Part shown: in pieces, positions 48,055 through 57,816 of the stretch
Numbering within the stretch: the first letter of the stretch is position 1
How the letters are laid out: every line of letters begins with the position of its first letter
Source of the DNA: Desulfobia sp.
GTDB taxonomy: Bacteria > Desulfobacterota > Desulfobulbia > Desulfobulbales > SURF-16
Length of the DNA: 64,000 nt
Reading direction: 5' to 3'
NCBI GenBank assembly: GCA_046497465.1
Contig: JAWOFO010000035.1
Coordinates: forward strand, 1,074-65,073
Program-made: the position numbers and the translations under genes
The notes under the pieces: model-generated
Database searches by the model: none
Told to the model about the DNA's origin: nothing
What the model saw: the letters and a program-made list of their open reading frames with translations, nothing else

Positions 48055-48923
48055 GATAAAACCTCCCCGGTCTCTTTAAAAAGACCAACCCTTGACATTA
48101 TTTTCTCAAAGAGCTCCTCAAAAAGTACCTTCATTTCAGGTATTTCCTGGAATAATAGCAGACCTTTTGAACAGACTGCCGCGGCCTCTCTGCTGAAAGG
48201 AAATCGCTGAAGTATTTCAATGCCTTCCTTTTCTGCATATTCATCGATTATTCCTTTTTCAGGATCCGCCCTGTTGATTACGATGCCAAAGGGAACATCC
48301 AGTTTCTTCAGGACTTCCACTGTAAGGGAAAGATCGTTAAGGCCAAAAGGAGTCGGTTCCGCCACCAACAGGGCGTAATCAGAATCACTTAATGCCTCGA
48401 TGGCCGGACAGGAAGTCCCGGGGGGGGCATCCACAAGTGTAATTTTGCTTTTATCGATCCTGTCCTTTACCTGTTTTATCAACGGCGGGGACATTGCCTC
48501 ACCGACCCGGAGTTCTCCCCAGGTCAGTTCAATTCCGTCCCTGTTGGTGCCCTTGCGCAAATTACCGAGCACCCGTGACGATTCCTTGATGGCATTATCC
48601 TCACAGACCATGACGCATCCTTTACATGAATGGCACATTTCCGGAAATGTTATGACCTTATCGGCAACCACCGTAATGGCGCTGAACTGGCATATCTCTG
48701 CGCACGCACCACACAGAGTGCACTTGTCCATGTCAACCACGGGAATCATGGTCGAGATCTCTTCGGTTTTAACATTTTCCGGTTTGATAAAAATATGGGA
48801 ATTCGGCTCTTCAACATCACAGTCAAAAACCTGAATATCTGATTTTTCTGCGGATACAGCAAGGTTCACGGTAATAGTTGTTTTACCGGTACCTCCTTTA
48901 CCGCTTGCAATAGTAATTATCAT
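48051..48923 (-). CDS. MinD-like P-loop ATPase with 4Fe-4S insert
   Basis: SGKGGTGKT, DCDVEEPN, two ferredoxin motifs, DAPPGTSC, EPTPFG. Confidence 0.88.
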   Translation of the reverse strand: MIITIASGKGGTGKTTITVNLAVSAEKSDIQVFDCDVEEPNSHIFIKPENVKTEEISTMIPVVDMDKCTLCGACAEICQFSAITVVADKVITFPEMCHSCKGCVMVCEDNAIKESSRVLGNLRKGTNRDGIELTWGELRVGEAMSPPLIKQVKDRIDKSKITLVDAPPGTSCPAIEALSDSDYALLVAEPTPFGLNDLSLTVEVLKKLDVPFGIVINRADPEKGIIDEYAEKEGIEILQRFPFSREAAAVCSKGLLLFQEIPEMKVLFEELFEKIMSRVGLFKETGEVLS

Positions 48924-49497
48924 TATACCTTATCCTTATAATAACTCTGAATAAAAATTATTTTGTAACTTCTCAACAAGTCTTGATAAAATCTGAGATC
49001 AATAACTTCTTAAAAAACCACGATCATCAGGGAGAAGGCCTTTTAAAAGGAAGCCTCAGGACGTTGAAAAGATACATTATTTTGATTTAACTCCCTAATA
49101 CTCCGGGACTTTCATAAATTAAGCTGGGATGGGATGACAAGAACTTGCTTTTCGGAGGGGCGGTAGATGATAAAAATTCGTTTTTCGGAGAGGTAATTAC
49201 AAAAAAGCTCCCAAAATCTTCATTTTTCTGGATAACCACCAGGAATAACTGAAGTTCATTCCCTTGACCTGGCCGCCACACGTGTTACAAGACTTCTCGG
49301 CAGCACATCCAATCCAAGAAAAACCACGATAATAATTACTTTTTAAAAAATATTTGTCAACTTAAAAAATCTGTCTTCAGGCAGGAAGGGGCTGAAATGA
49401 CGGCGGCGACGGCAGCCACCGGCGCCGCCCAAAAGAATACTAATTAAAAATCAGGTATACAGCCTCAATATAACCGCGGTATCTCATACCTTGCCGA

Positions 49498-50760
49498 TTA
49501 TGTACCTTCCTCCCAGGAGTTAAGGTACTTTTCCTGCTCAGCAGTCAGCTGATCAATTTCGATATTCATGGCTTTAAGCTGCAGCCCGGCAATCTCGTCG
49601 TCTATATGTTCGGGCAGCTGCAGAACTTTGGGCTCCATCTTGCCCTTATTCTTAACCCCGTACTCGCAAGAGAGGACTTGACCACAAAAGGATGTAGACA
49701 TAACTTCACTTGGATGTCCTTCAGCTGCCGCCAGATTGACCAGGCGTCCCTCCCCTAAGACAAAAAGCTTTTTACCGTCTAAAACATACTCCTCCATAAA
49801 AGGACGGACATGTCTTCTGGCGCTGGCTTTTTCAGCCAAAACAGGCAATTCCAGCTCATTATCAAAATGGCCTGAATTGGCCAAAATCGCGCCATTCTTC
49901 ATCAGCTCCATATGTTTATATGAAATTGCGTGCTTGTTTCCGGTCACAGTGCAGAAAACATCACCGATCTTGGCAGCCTCCTCCATGGGCAATACCCTGA
50001 AACCGTCATAAGCGGCCTGCAGAGCACGAAAATTATCAACTTCTGTAACAATTATATTGGCTCCCATGCCTTCTGCCTTGAAGGAAACACCCCGGCCGCA
50101 ACTTCCATAGCCACAGACTACTACTGTCTTGCCGGCCCAGAGCAGGTTAGTGGCCCTGGTAATTCCATCAATAGTGGACTGCCCCGTACCGTAGTAGTTA
50201 TCCACCAGGTGCTTGGTCTTATTGTCATTTACTGCAATCATAGGATATTTCAGGGCATTATCCTTTTCCATGGCCTTAAGCCGGATAATACCGGTAGTGG
50301 TTTCCTCGCAGCCGCAGATGATATCCTGGATCAACTCCGGATGGTTCTTATGAATTTCTGAAACCAGGTCGCAGCCATCATCAATGGTTATATTCGGTCT
50401 TTGCTCAATTACATTTCCGATATAGCGATAATAGTCTTCTTTGGTTTCCCCCTTATAGGCCCAGACCTTTACACCTTCTTCTGCCAGAGCCGCAGCTACA
50501 TCATCCTGGGTAGACAGAGGATTGCAGCCGGTAATAGCCACCTCTGCTCCTCCGGCAGCCAGGGTACGTACCAGAACTCCGGTTTCTTTGGTTACATGCA
50601 GGGCCAGGCCAATACCAATACCTTCAAAGGGTTTTTCCTGGGTAAAGCGCTTACGTATCTCCAGCAAAGCCCCCATGTGCAACTCAGCCAATTCCAGATT
50701 TTTCTTGCCCTGACTGGCCAAAGAGATATCTTTTACTTCGTAGTTTTTTCCTTTATCCAT
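49498..50760 (-). CDS. ahcY: Adenosylhomocysteinase
   Basis: CNPLSTQD, DDGCD, EETTTG, GYG.CG.G, GRLVNL..GHP. Confidence 0.96.
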   Translation of the reverse strand: MDKGKNYEVKDISLASQGKKNLELAELHMGALLEIRKRFTQEKPFEGIGIGLALHVTKETGVLVRTLAAGGAEVAITGCNPLSTQDDVAAALAEEGVKVWAYKGETKEDYYRYIGNVIEQRPNITIDDGCDLVSEIHKNHPELIQDIICGCEETTTGIIRLKAMEKDNALKYPMIAVNDNKTKHLVDNYYGTGQSTIDGITRATNLLWAGKTVVVCGYGSCGRGVSFKAEGMGANIIVTEVDNFRALQAAYDGFRVLPMEEAAKIGDVFCTVTGNKHAISYKHMELMKNGAILANSGHFDNELELPVLAEKASARRHVRPFMEEYVLDGKKLFVLGEGRLVNLAAAEGHPSEVMSTSFCGQVLSCEYGVKNKGKMEPKVLQLPEHIDDEIAGLQLKAMNIEIDQLTAEQEKYLNSWEEGT

Positions 50761-50784
50761 TTTTTCTCCTTAAATTTTAAAAAT

Positions 50785-51699
50785 TCATTTTACCGCTTTA
50801 AAAATATTCAACTTCAATCCAAAGCGCACTGCATAATCTGCAGTGCCCTGTACACTAAAACCTGTATCTTCCAGCCATTTTATTACCTCCTCCTTGGCAA
50901 ATCCCATCCAGGATCCCCCGAAACGTTTTTTGACTTCTTCGGACTCATGTTTGTCCAAATCAGCAAGAAGCAGTTGACCATCCGGCTTCAAGACCCTGTA
51001 CGTCTCTTCAATAGCCAATGCAGGCACCGCGATATGATGCAAAACCATATTTACTACAGCCAAATCCGCTTCAGCATCTTTTAAGGGCAGATGCTCCAAT
51101 TCACCCAGCCTGAAATCAAACTCCCCGGAAGTGCCTTTTACTTTCAGTTTGGCCTGGTTAAGCATCTTCTGGGAAGCATCCACCCCAATGGTTAAATCAG
51201 CGTACCTGCCCAGCCGCTGGAGCAAATCGCCGGTCCCGCAGCCCAGGTCAACAGCAATATGCACCTGGCGAAAATTTTCCTCCAGGATGGCTGACAAATC
51301 CAGATCTCCAAATAGATCCCGTTTAATTCTGTCCCAAGACTCGGCCACCTGATTAAAAAAACGCCTGGTCCGTTTTTTCCTCTCAGCCACGATTGCTTCA
51401 GAGCGCTGCAGATCTTGAAGATAACTGTTTTTCTGCTTCAGGAACCTGCTTAAGAACTCCACCAAAAGTTTACTATCCTCGTTCTGCTCTGCATAGTAGT
51501 AGGCAAAACTTCCGTCTCTTTTGCAGAGCAGCAGTCCGCATTCGCTCAAGACCCTTAAATGCCGGGATACCCTGGACTGGCCCATCTCCAGAACTTCCAC
51601 AATCTCATTTACATTTAACTTGTATAAACTCAGTAAATAAAAAAGCCGTAATCTGGTTTCATCACCCAGGGCTTTGAAAACCTTTAAAGGAATTAGCAT
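50785..51699 (-). CDS. ArsR-HTH / SAM-methyltransferase fusion regulator (SahR-like)
   Basis: FKALGDETRLR, QSRVSRHL, DLGCGTG, NMVLHH; directly upstream of ahcY. Confidence 0.88.
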   Translation of the reverse strand: MLIPLKVFKALGDETRLRLFYLLSLYKLNVNEIVEVLEMGQSRVSRHLRVLSECGLLLCKRDGSFAYYYAEQNEDSKLLVEFLSRFLKQKNSYLQDLQRSEAIVAERKKRTRRFFNQVAESWDRIKRDLFGDLDLSAILEENFRQVHIAVDLGCGTGDLLQRLGRYADLTIGVDASQKMLNQAKLKVKGTSGEFDFRLGELEHLPLKDAEADLAVVNMVLHHIAVPALAIEETYRVLKPDGQLLLADLDKHESEEVKKRFGGSWMGFAKEEVIKWLEDTGFSVQGTADYAVRFGLKLNIFKAVK

Positions 51700-51706
51700 A
51701 TTTTTT

Positions 51707-51724
51707 TATCAAGATATGTTGATA
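51707..51724. promoter_or_regulatory. Probable SahR operator
   Basis: Palindrome TATCAA-N6-TTGATA 7 bp upstream of the regulator start. Confidence 0.65.
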
Positions 51725-51780
51725 TGTAAGATACAATCTTTTTTAAACAAAATAAATGAACTTGTCAAGTATAATTTGAA

Positions 51781-52098
51781 CAGGACATCAACCATTTTTT
51801 ACTAACCTCATATAAATCTTGACAGTCAAAAGTTCTTCCGTCATGCCGGACTTGATCCGGCATCCAGTTTCTTACCTCTTTGAAAAGACTCTGGATTCCG
51901 GCTTTCGCCGGAATGACGAACAGGTAGAATCATGGTAAATAAATTCAAATGATTAAGAGAACTTTTGACTGTCAAGATATAAATAAAATAAAAAAAATCA
52001 GAAAGTTAGTCTAACTAAGAAGTAGGATCTCAAACAATCCAACATGCTGATTTCACAATTAAATCAATGTAAAATTATATAAAATGAGTGATGTCCTG
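51781..52098. mobile_element. Three-level nested MITE/REP structure
   Basis: Outer CAGGACATCA/TGATGTCCTG; inner CTTGACAGTCAAAAGTTCT IR with ATATAAAT duplication; core GTCATGCCGG REP-like hairpins. Confidence 0.8.
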
Positions 52099-52133
52099 TA
52101 ATTTGGAAACTTGAATAAGCGTTTATTTTTTAT

Positions 52134-53504
52134 TTAAAATTTAAAAATAATATCCATCTGTATACGGTCTTCGTCCTTTTTGCCGTCTTTACTCTCGTCT
52201 TCCCGCTCGGTTAAATAGCCTGTAGTCTGGGCATAGATATGATCGGTAAAGAAATAACGGGCATGGAGTTTATGTCCCCGGTTGTTGGTTCCACCGCCAT
52301 GAAAGTCCGAGTCCACAAATACAGCAGGAAAGGCATAGTCCTCGAGTTCCTGATACCAGTACTGGAGATACCAGTCTCCCTTTTTCTTTTTGTTGCCCAG
52401 GTCAAAACCAATGAGCCAGCCTTTATCCCGATCATCACCGCCATAGGTCAGCAGTCCACCTGGATTAGAACCCGCGTAATCAGATCCTCTGTCAATCAGG
52501 TCATCAATATCTGCATCCAGATTGACAATATAGCTGCCAAATACGGAAAAGGGCAAGGGAAGGAACTCTTTAAATTTGGCTTTGGCTTGGAATTCCAGAC
52601 ATCCAAATTCATTGCGCAGTCTTCCGCTGTCATCAAAGACCATCTGTTGGGTCTTATGGTTGTATCCGATGAAGGTGGCATCATCGTCAAGATCGTTTCT
52701 ATCATATTCAAGGCGATCCAATTTCAAAAAATCATAATATGTCGCGCCCAGCTGAAAGTGGGTGTACTCACTGGGCATAATATCGGTGCCGATTTGATAG
52801 GCCAATAAAGTTGGATCATCGTTTGTGTGTTTTTCTTCCTCTATAAACCATTGCCCCAGGTTGGCGAACAGACTCAGATGCTTATTGATGCCGAATGTAA
52901 AACTCTCGGCCAGGCCTTCGGGATTAACATCCGGATCCCATACCAGCGGTGTGGTAAACAGGTGATTCTCATATTTTCCGCCCTGAATGGTAAAATAAGG
53001 GCAAGGCGACCATTTCCCGTAAGCCTTGTCAATAAAGATGTCTTTACCCCTTCCATGGCCGTCAAAGCTTTGGTTGGTAGTATTCTGGAATCCCGATCCG
53101 GAAGCCAGGCCGACTCCTACTTCAGTGGCCTCGCTGGTTTGGACCTTAAGCCCGAAACGAAGCCTGAATCTTTCCCGATTTCTGTTGCTGTCTCCGATAT
53201 CATCGCTTTTCCACTGGGTATCATGCCGGAGTCTGAGATCCCCGTAAAATTTGATCCGCTCAAGCCATTGGGGAAGCTCAGGATCATCTCCTTTTTCAAC
53301 CATCACTTTAACTCTTTCCTCCTTTTTGGTCTTTTCCGTCTTAATTTCTTCCACTATCTCCGCCGCATCTTCCGATGACAGAATCTTTTTTTCCACCAGT
53401 TTCTGTATCAGGATGTCTGTTTCCCCGGCCTGGGCCGTGCTTATACTGAATGTGAAGAACACAACCAGGTTGAACATAAAGAACAAATAAATTACATTTC
53501 TCAT
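52134..53504 (-). CDS. Putative outer-membrane porin linked to the pst genes
   Basis: Signal peptide, LIQKLVEKKIL, GDLRLR, RERFRLR, DSDF..GGTN, C-terminal F. Confidence 0.8.
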   Translation of the reverse strand: MRNVIYLFFMFNLVVFFTFSISTAQAGETDILIQKLVEKKILSSEDAAEIVEEIKTEKTKKEERVKVMVEKGDDPELPQWLERIKFYGDLRLRHDTQWKSDDIGDSNRNRERFRLRFGLKVQTSEATEVGVGLASGSGFQNTTNQSFDGHGRGKDIFIDKAYGKWSPCPYFTIQGGKYENHLFTTPLVWDPDVNPEGLAESFTFGINKHLSLFANLGQWFIEEEKHTNDDPTLLAYQIGTDIMPSEYTHFQLGATYYDFLKLDRLEYDRNDLDDDATFIGYNHKTQQMVFDDSGRLRNEFGCLEFQAKAKFKEFLPLPFSVFGSYIVNLDADIDDLIDRGSDYAGSNPGGLLTYGGDDRDKGWLIGFDLGNKKKKGDWYLQYWYQELEDYAFPAVFVDSDFHGGGTNNRGHKLHARYFFTDHIYAQTTGYLTEREDESKDGKKDEDRIQMDIIFKF

Positions 53505-53921
53505 GGCAACAATTCTCCTTTTATTAAAAATGTTTCACTTCGTTAAATAGATTGTCACATATTTCATATAGACATAAATCATGTCAGTCTAGCTAGTTAT
53601 CATGATCTGTAAAGACGCACAGGACCGGGCCTGCCAGAAACTTCTTACGTATCATAAGCATTTCTCCTTAAAATTTAATTTGATTCATCTGCAAATAGAG
53701 TATAAATAATATACTTTTGTTGATGTCAGAGACATTAGTCCGGTTATATAACAGAGGGGTTACGGAAATGTTAAAAAAGTGTTAAATCCGTAATCAATGG
53801 ATAACTTATTGTTTTTTATGAAAAATAAAAGACAAAACAAGCACGTAAGACGGGAAGGCATCAACCGGGGTGGGGGATAATTCAAGTCTTTACAAAACTC
53901 TCAAAACAGTTATCTGGAGAA

Positions 53922-54812
53922 TTACCGTTTTCTGCGAAGCCTGGACCGGTAGATGATGGCTAAAAGATTCATACCGAGCACCAGGGCAATGAGCACCAAG
54001 GCAGTCCCGTATTGAAGTCCCCTGGTCTGTTCGATGTTGGTTCCGGCTGTAGCCAGAACATAGATGTGATACGGCAGGGCCATGACTGGATCAAGTAAGG
54101 ATGAGGGCATCTGCGTTGTATAATAGACCGCCGCTGTAAACATGATGGCTGCCGTTTCACCGGCAGCCCGGCTTAACGCCAGGATGCCGCCGGTTATCAT
54201 GGAAGGCAGCGCCGCAGGTACCACGACCCGGGAGATTGTCTGCCATTTTGTCGCCCCGAGCCCCATTGATGCCTCCCGATAGGTGTCCGGCACTGCTCCC
54301 AGCGCCTCTTCCGATGTACCGATAATAACCGGCAATGAAAGGATTCCCAGGGTCAGGGCACCTGATAAAATGCTGACCTCGAGTTTCATCCAGGTCACAA
54401 AAAAGGCGAGACCAAAAAGCCCGAATACGATTGACGGGACCCCGGCCAGATTATTGATGCCGAATCGGATCGCCCTCAGCCACAATCCCTGCCTGGCATA
54501 CTCGTTCAGGTAAATTGCGGATACAATGCCCAGTGGAAAGGCAAACAGCATGGCCCCGATGCTCAGGTAAACAGTGCCGATAATGCAGGGGAAAATCCCT
54601 CCTTTGGTCATGGAATCTGTCGGGGCCTCAGTCAGAAATGTCCAGTTGATTGCCTGCCAGCCGTTTTTAACCAGGAAAAAAACAACTATAATCAAGGCCA
54701 GTGCATTGATCAGCGCCGCCCCTCTGAACATAAGGAAAAAACCGGACTGGGAAATTTTCCTTCGAGCCCCTGTTTTTCCGGATATATCGATATGGTTGTT
54801 CCGGGTGGTCAT
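53922..54812 (-). CDS. pstA: Phosphate ABC permease PstA
   Basis: NLAGVPSIVFGLFG, GATKWQT, RAAGETA. Confidence 0.93.
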   Translation of the reverse strand: MTTRNNHIDISGKTGARRKISQSGFFLMFRGAALINALALIIVVFFLVKNGWQAINWTFLTEAPTDSMTKGGIFPCIIGTVYLSIGAMLFAFPLGIVSAIYLNEYARQGLWLRAIRFGINNLAGVPSIVFGLFGLAFFVTWMKLEVSILSGALTLGILSLPVIIGTSEEALGAVPDTYREASMGLGATKWQTISRVVVPAALPSMITGGILALSRAAGETAAIMFTAAVYYTTQMPSSLLDPVMALPYHIYVLATAGTNIEQTRGLQYGTALVLIALVLGMNLLAIIYRSRLRRKR

Positions 54813-54823
54813 ATTTTTTTCTG

Positions 54824-55717
54824 TTATAAGGTCGCCGCCCCCACCTGCCGGTGTTTATGTGAGATATAGTCCGCAATAAAGTTAAACATCAGGGTAAAGA
54901 TAAATAGTACAAGACCTGTGGCAAACAGGGCGTAATAATGTTCGCTCCGGAACGGTGCTTCAGCCATTTCCGCTGCAATACTGGCCGGCATTGGCCGGCA
55001 GGGATCAAAAATTGAATTCGGAATAAGGGCTGCTCCCCCGGCGACCATCAATACCACCATGGTTTCTCCAATGGCCCTTGACATGCCGAGAATGATACCG
55101 GTGCTTATCCCTGACAGGGAAGCGGGAATGATTACCCGGATGATGCTTTCCCAGTGGGTGGCCCCCAGGGCAAGCGATGCTTCCTTGAGTTCGGCGGGAA
55201 CACTGGTGATTGCATCTTCCGAAATTGTGGTAATAGTAGGAACCGACATAAAGGCCAGCATTAAGGAGGCATTGAAGAGATTCAGCCCTGTTGGAATATC
55301 AAAAATGTCCTGGAGGAAAGGGGCAACAACAACCATACCGAAAAATCCGATAACCACCGAGGGCAAAGAGGCCAGCATTTCCACCATTGGCTTGGCAACC
55401 TCCTTGATGCATGGTGATGCGATTTCAGCCAGGTAGATAGCGGTCATGATCCCCAATGGAATGGCGATGGCCGCTGATAAGCCGGTTACCAACAAAGAGG
55501 CCAGGATCAGGGGCAGTATCCCGAAATCCGGAGGATCAGCTGTTGGATACCAGTATTTTCCCAGGATGAAATCTTTCAGGGTGACCTCTTTAAATATGGG
55601 GACCCCCTCTTTAATAAGAAAAAAAAGGATCATGGCCAGAATAGCAATGGATAAAAAAGCCAGCAGGAAAAAAAGGCATCGGATCAGCTTCTCTCTGAAC
55701 TGTTGTGATTTTGCCAT
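54824..55717 (-). CDS. pstC: Phosphate ABC permease PstC
   Basis: LASLPSVV.GF, RAIGETM, AAEMAEA. Confidence 0.93.
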   Translation of the reverse strand: MAKSQQFREKLIRCLFFLLAFLSIAILAMILFFLIKEGVPIFKEVTLKDFILGKYWYPTADPPDFGILPLILASLLVTGLSAAIAIPLGIMTAIYLAEIASPCIKEVAKPMVEMLASLPSVVIGFFGMVVVAPFLQDIFDIPTGLNLFNASLMLAFMSVPTITTISEDAITSVPAELKEASLALGATHWESIIRVIIPASLSGISTGIILGMSRAIGETMVVLMVAGGAALIPNSIFDPCRPMPASIAAEMAEAPFRSEHYYALFATGLVLFIFTLMFNFIADYISHKHRQVGAATL

Positions 55718-55797
55718 GGATTCGAATTGTTGACTTATTTAAGGTCGTTGAAGACTCCGTAAACAGGTGCTTTCCGGTCAACGTTAATAACTACTGT

Positions 55798-56001
55798 TTA
55801 ACCCTACAACGTCAGTTACCAGTTGTGCAGCATTCGTCACTCCGTCATGCCGGTCCCGGATAGTGTCCGGGATGACGGATCCGGCATCCAGGAGTCTGAG
55901 TACGGAAAGAAAATTCAATTGATCGGTTTTCCTGCAACTGCGACTGGATTCCCCGGTCAAGCCGGGGAATGACGGAATAATAAATATTGTTGCAGGGTTA
56001 A
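55798..56001. repeat. Inverted-repeat element carrying REP-like hairpins between pstS and pstC
   Basis: TTAACCCTACAAC/GTTGCAGGGTTAA ends; internal CGTCATGCCGG..GGCATCCAG..CTGGATTCCCCGG..GGAATGACGG. Confidence 0.72.
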
Positions 56002-56816
56002 TACAGCGGGACATATCCGACCTCCGAGGCGATTTTCTGTCCCTTCTTCGGATGCAGTATGTAGTTGATGAATTTCATAACCTTGCCGGATGGCCAGCCC
56101 CGGGTGAACATGAACAACTCGCGGCTGACCGGATAGGCAATGGCGTTTTCAACACTGGCTTCTTCGCCGTTAACGGATAATGGCTTCAAGTCCTTGTTCA
56201 GATAACTAAGTCCTATATAACCGATGGCATATTTGTTTTTGGCCACCGCCTGGGCCACCGCCCCGTTTGATGCTTGAAGCGATGCACCCGGGTAAACCCG
56301 CTCATCCTCCATTACGATATTTTCCCAGACTTCGTAGGTGCCGGATGAGGTATCTCGGGAGATCACGAAAATCTCAAGGTCTGCACCTCCGACTTCACGC
56401 CAGTTTCTGATTTTTCCCTGATAAATATCTCTGAGCTGCTTAATACTTAAGTCATCAATATCATTCGACGGATGGACAACCGGTACGATGCAGTCCCGGG
56501 CAACGGCAAAAGGCACCGGGTAAACGCCATTTTCAACAGCCATGGCAACTTCTTTCTGTTTAATAAACCTGGAACTGTCGGCAATATCCGTTGTCTCGTC
56601 GATAATTGCCTTGATACCGTTTCCTGAGCCCCCGCCGGATACGGATACATTTATATCCGGATAGATCTTCATGAACTCTTCGGCCGCTTTCTGCGCAATG
56701 GGCAGTACGGTTGTTGATCCTTTGATGGAAAGTTTTTCCGCCCAAACCATGGTGGAAAAGCATAAGACCAGGGACAGGATTAACCCGGTTTTTAAAATTG
56801 TTGCTATCGTTTTCAT
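55998..56816 (-). CDS. pstS: Phosphate-binding protein PstS
   Basis: KGSTTVLP, GGGSGNG, SRDTSSGT, AIGYIG. Confidence 0.93.
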   Translation of the reverse strand: MKTIATILKTGLILSLVLCFSTMVWAEKLSIKGSTTVLPIAQKAAEEFMKIYPDINVSVSGGGSGNGIKAIIDETTDIADSSRFIKQKEVAMAVENGVYPVPFAVARDCIVPVVHPSNDIDDLSIKQLRDIYQGKIRNWREVGGADLEIFVISRDTSSGTYEVWENIVMEDERVYPGASLQASNGAVAQAVAKNKYAIGYIGLSYLNKDLKPLSVNGEEASVENAIAYPVSRELFMFTRGWPSGKVMKFINYILHPKKGQKIASEVGYVPLY

Positions 56817-56960
56817 CAGTTGTGTCTCCTTCTTTTTTAGGCCTTAAAAACAGTTTGCTTCGTCCGGTAATTAAAATTTATGTCCCGCTGTTTTCATAAC
56901 AGCAGAGACTTTTGTTAACCTCTGTAAAACTGAAAATCAGTAAGAGTTTAATTTTTAAAT

Positions 56961-57053
56961 TTGACATTTATGTGACAAAATGACGAAATAATAATGACAA
57001 TAGGTTTTACGATCTGTCACAGAATTGTCACAATAGCTTCATAATTCTGCGAT
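56961..57053. promoter_or_regulatory. Back-to-back Pho boxes
   Basis: + strand CTGTCAC-agaa-TTGTCAC-aata-GCTTCAT (57014-57042); - strand TTGTCAT/TTGTCAC/ATGTCAA on an 11-bp period (56961-57000). Confidence 0.72.
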
Positions 57054-57132
57054 AATTAATAATTAAATTTATCTGTCCGGATAACACGATAGAAACAGGT
57101 AGATCCTATAAATTTTCTCGAAAAATGAGATC

Positions 57133-57816
57133 ATGATAAAATCCATACTTATTGTCGAGGATGAAGCCGACATCATAAAGCTGATTGACTGGCACTTGTG
57201 CTCAGAGGGCTATTCCACCTACATTGCCTCAGACGGCGTTAAAGGACTTGAAATCGCGGAGAAAAAAAAACCGGATCTCATCCTGCTCGACTTGATTCTG
57301 CCGGGTATGGATGGTCTTGAGGTCTGCAAATCGCTTAAGCGAAATTCAAAAACGCAGGAAATTCCGGTAATTATGCTGACAGCCAAAGGGGAAGAAGTGG
57401 ACCGGATTGTTGGATTTGAGCTTGGGGCTGACGATTACATAACCAAGCCTTTCAGCCCCCGGGAGCTTATCCTGCGGATTCGGGCCATTTTAAGACGCCA
57501 TGAAAAGAAAACCCCGGAAGAGGCGTTATTAAGGTACCAGGACCTCTATATCGACCTGGAAAGTTTCAGGGTATGGCTGAAAGGTGAAGAAATAAATCTG
57601 ACGGTAACCGAGTTTAATCTGTTATTGGAGCTGGTACAGAACCAGGGAAAAGCCCGGACAAGGGATCAGTTGCTGGACCGGGTCTGGGGTTACCAATTTG
57701 ACGGTTATGCCCGAACAGTGGATACCCATATCCGCCGCTTGAGGCAGAAAATCGGTTCCTATGCCGATTCGATCGAAACTGTTCGCGGTATCGGTTATCG
57801 CTTCAAGGAAGTTTGA
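57133..57816 (+). CDS. phoB: OmpR-family response regulator PhoB
   Basis: VEDE, LLDLILP, GADDYITKPFS, RTVDTHIRRLRQK; pst context. Confidence 0.88.
   Translation: MIKSILIVEDEADIIKLIDWHLCSEGYSTYIASDGVKGLEIAEKKKPDLILLDLILPGMDGLEVCKSLKRNSKTQEIPVIMLTAKGEEVDRIVGFELGADDYITKPFSPRELILRIRAILRRHEKKTPEEALLRYQDLYIDLESFRVWLKGEEINLTVTEFNLLLELVQNQGKARTRDQLLDRVWGYQFDGYARTVDTHIRRLRQKIGSYADSIETVRGIGYRFKEV

Noticed and set aside
48960-49400. Possible pseudogene or sigma54 promoter upstream of the orp-like genes
   Set aside because: No recognisable family in any frame and no TGGCAC-N5-TTGC motif seen.
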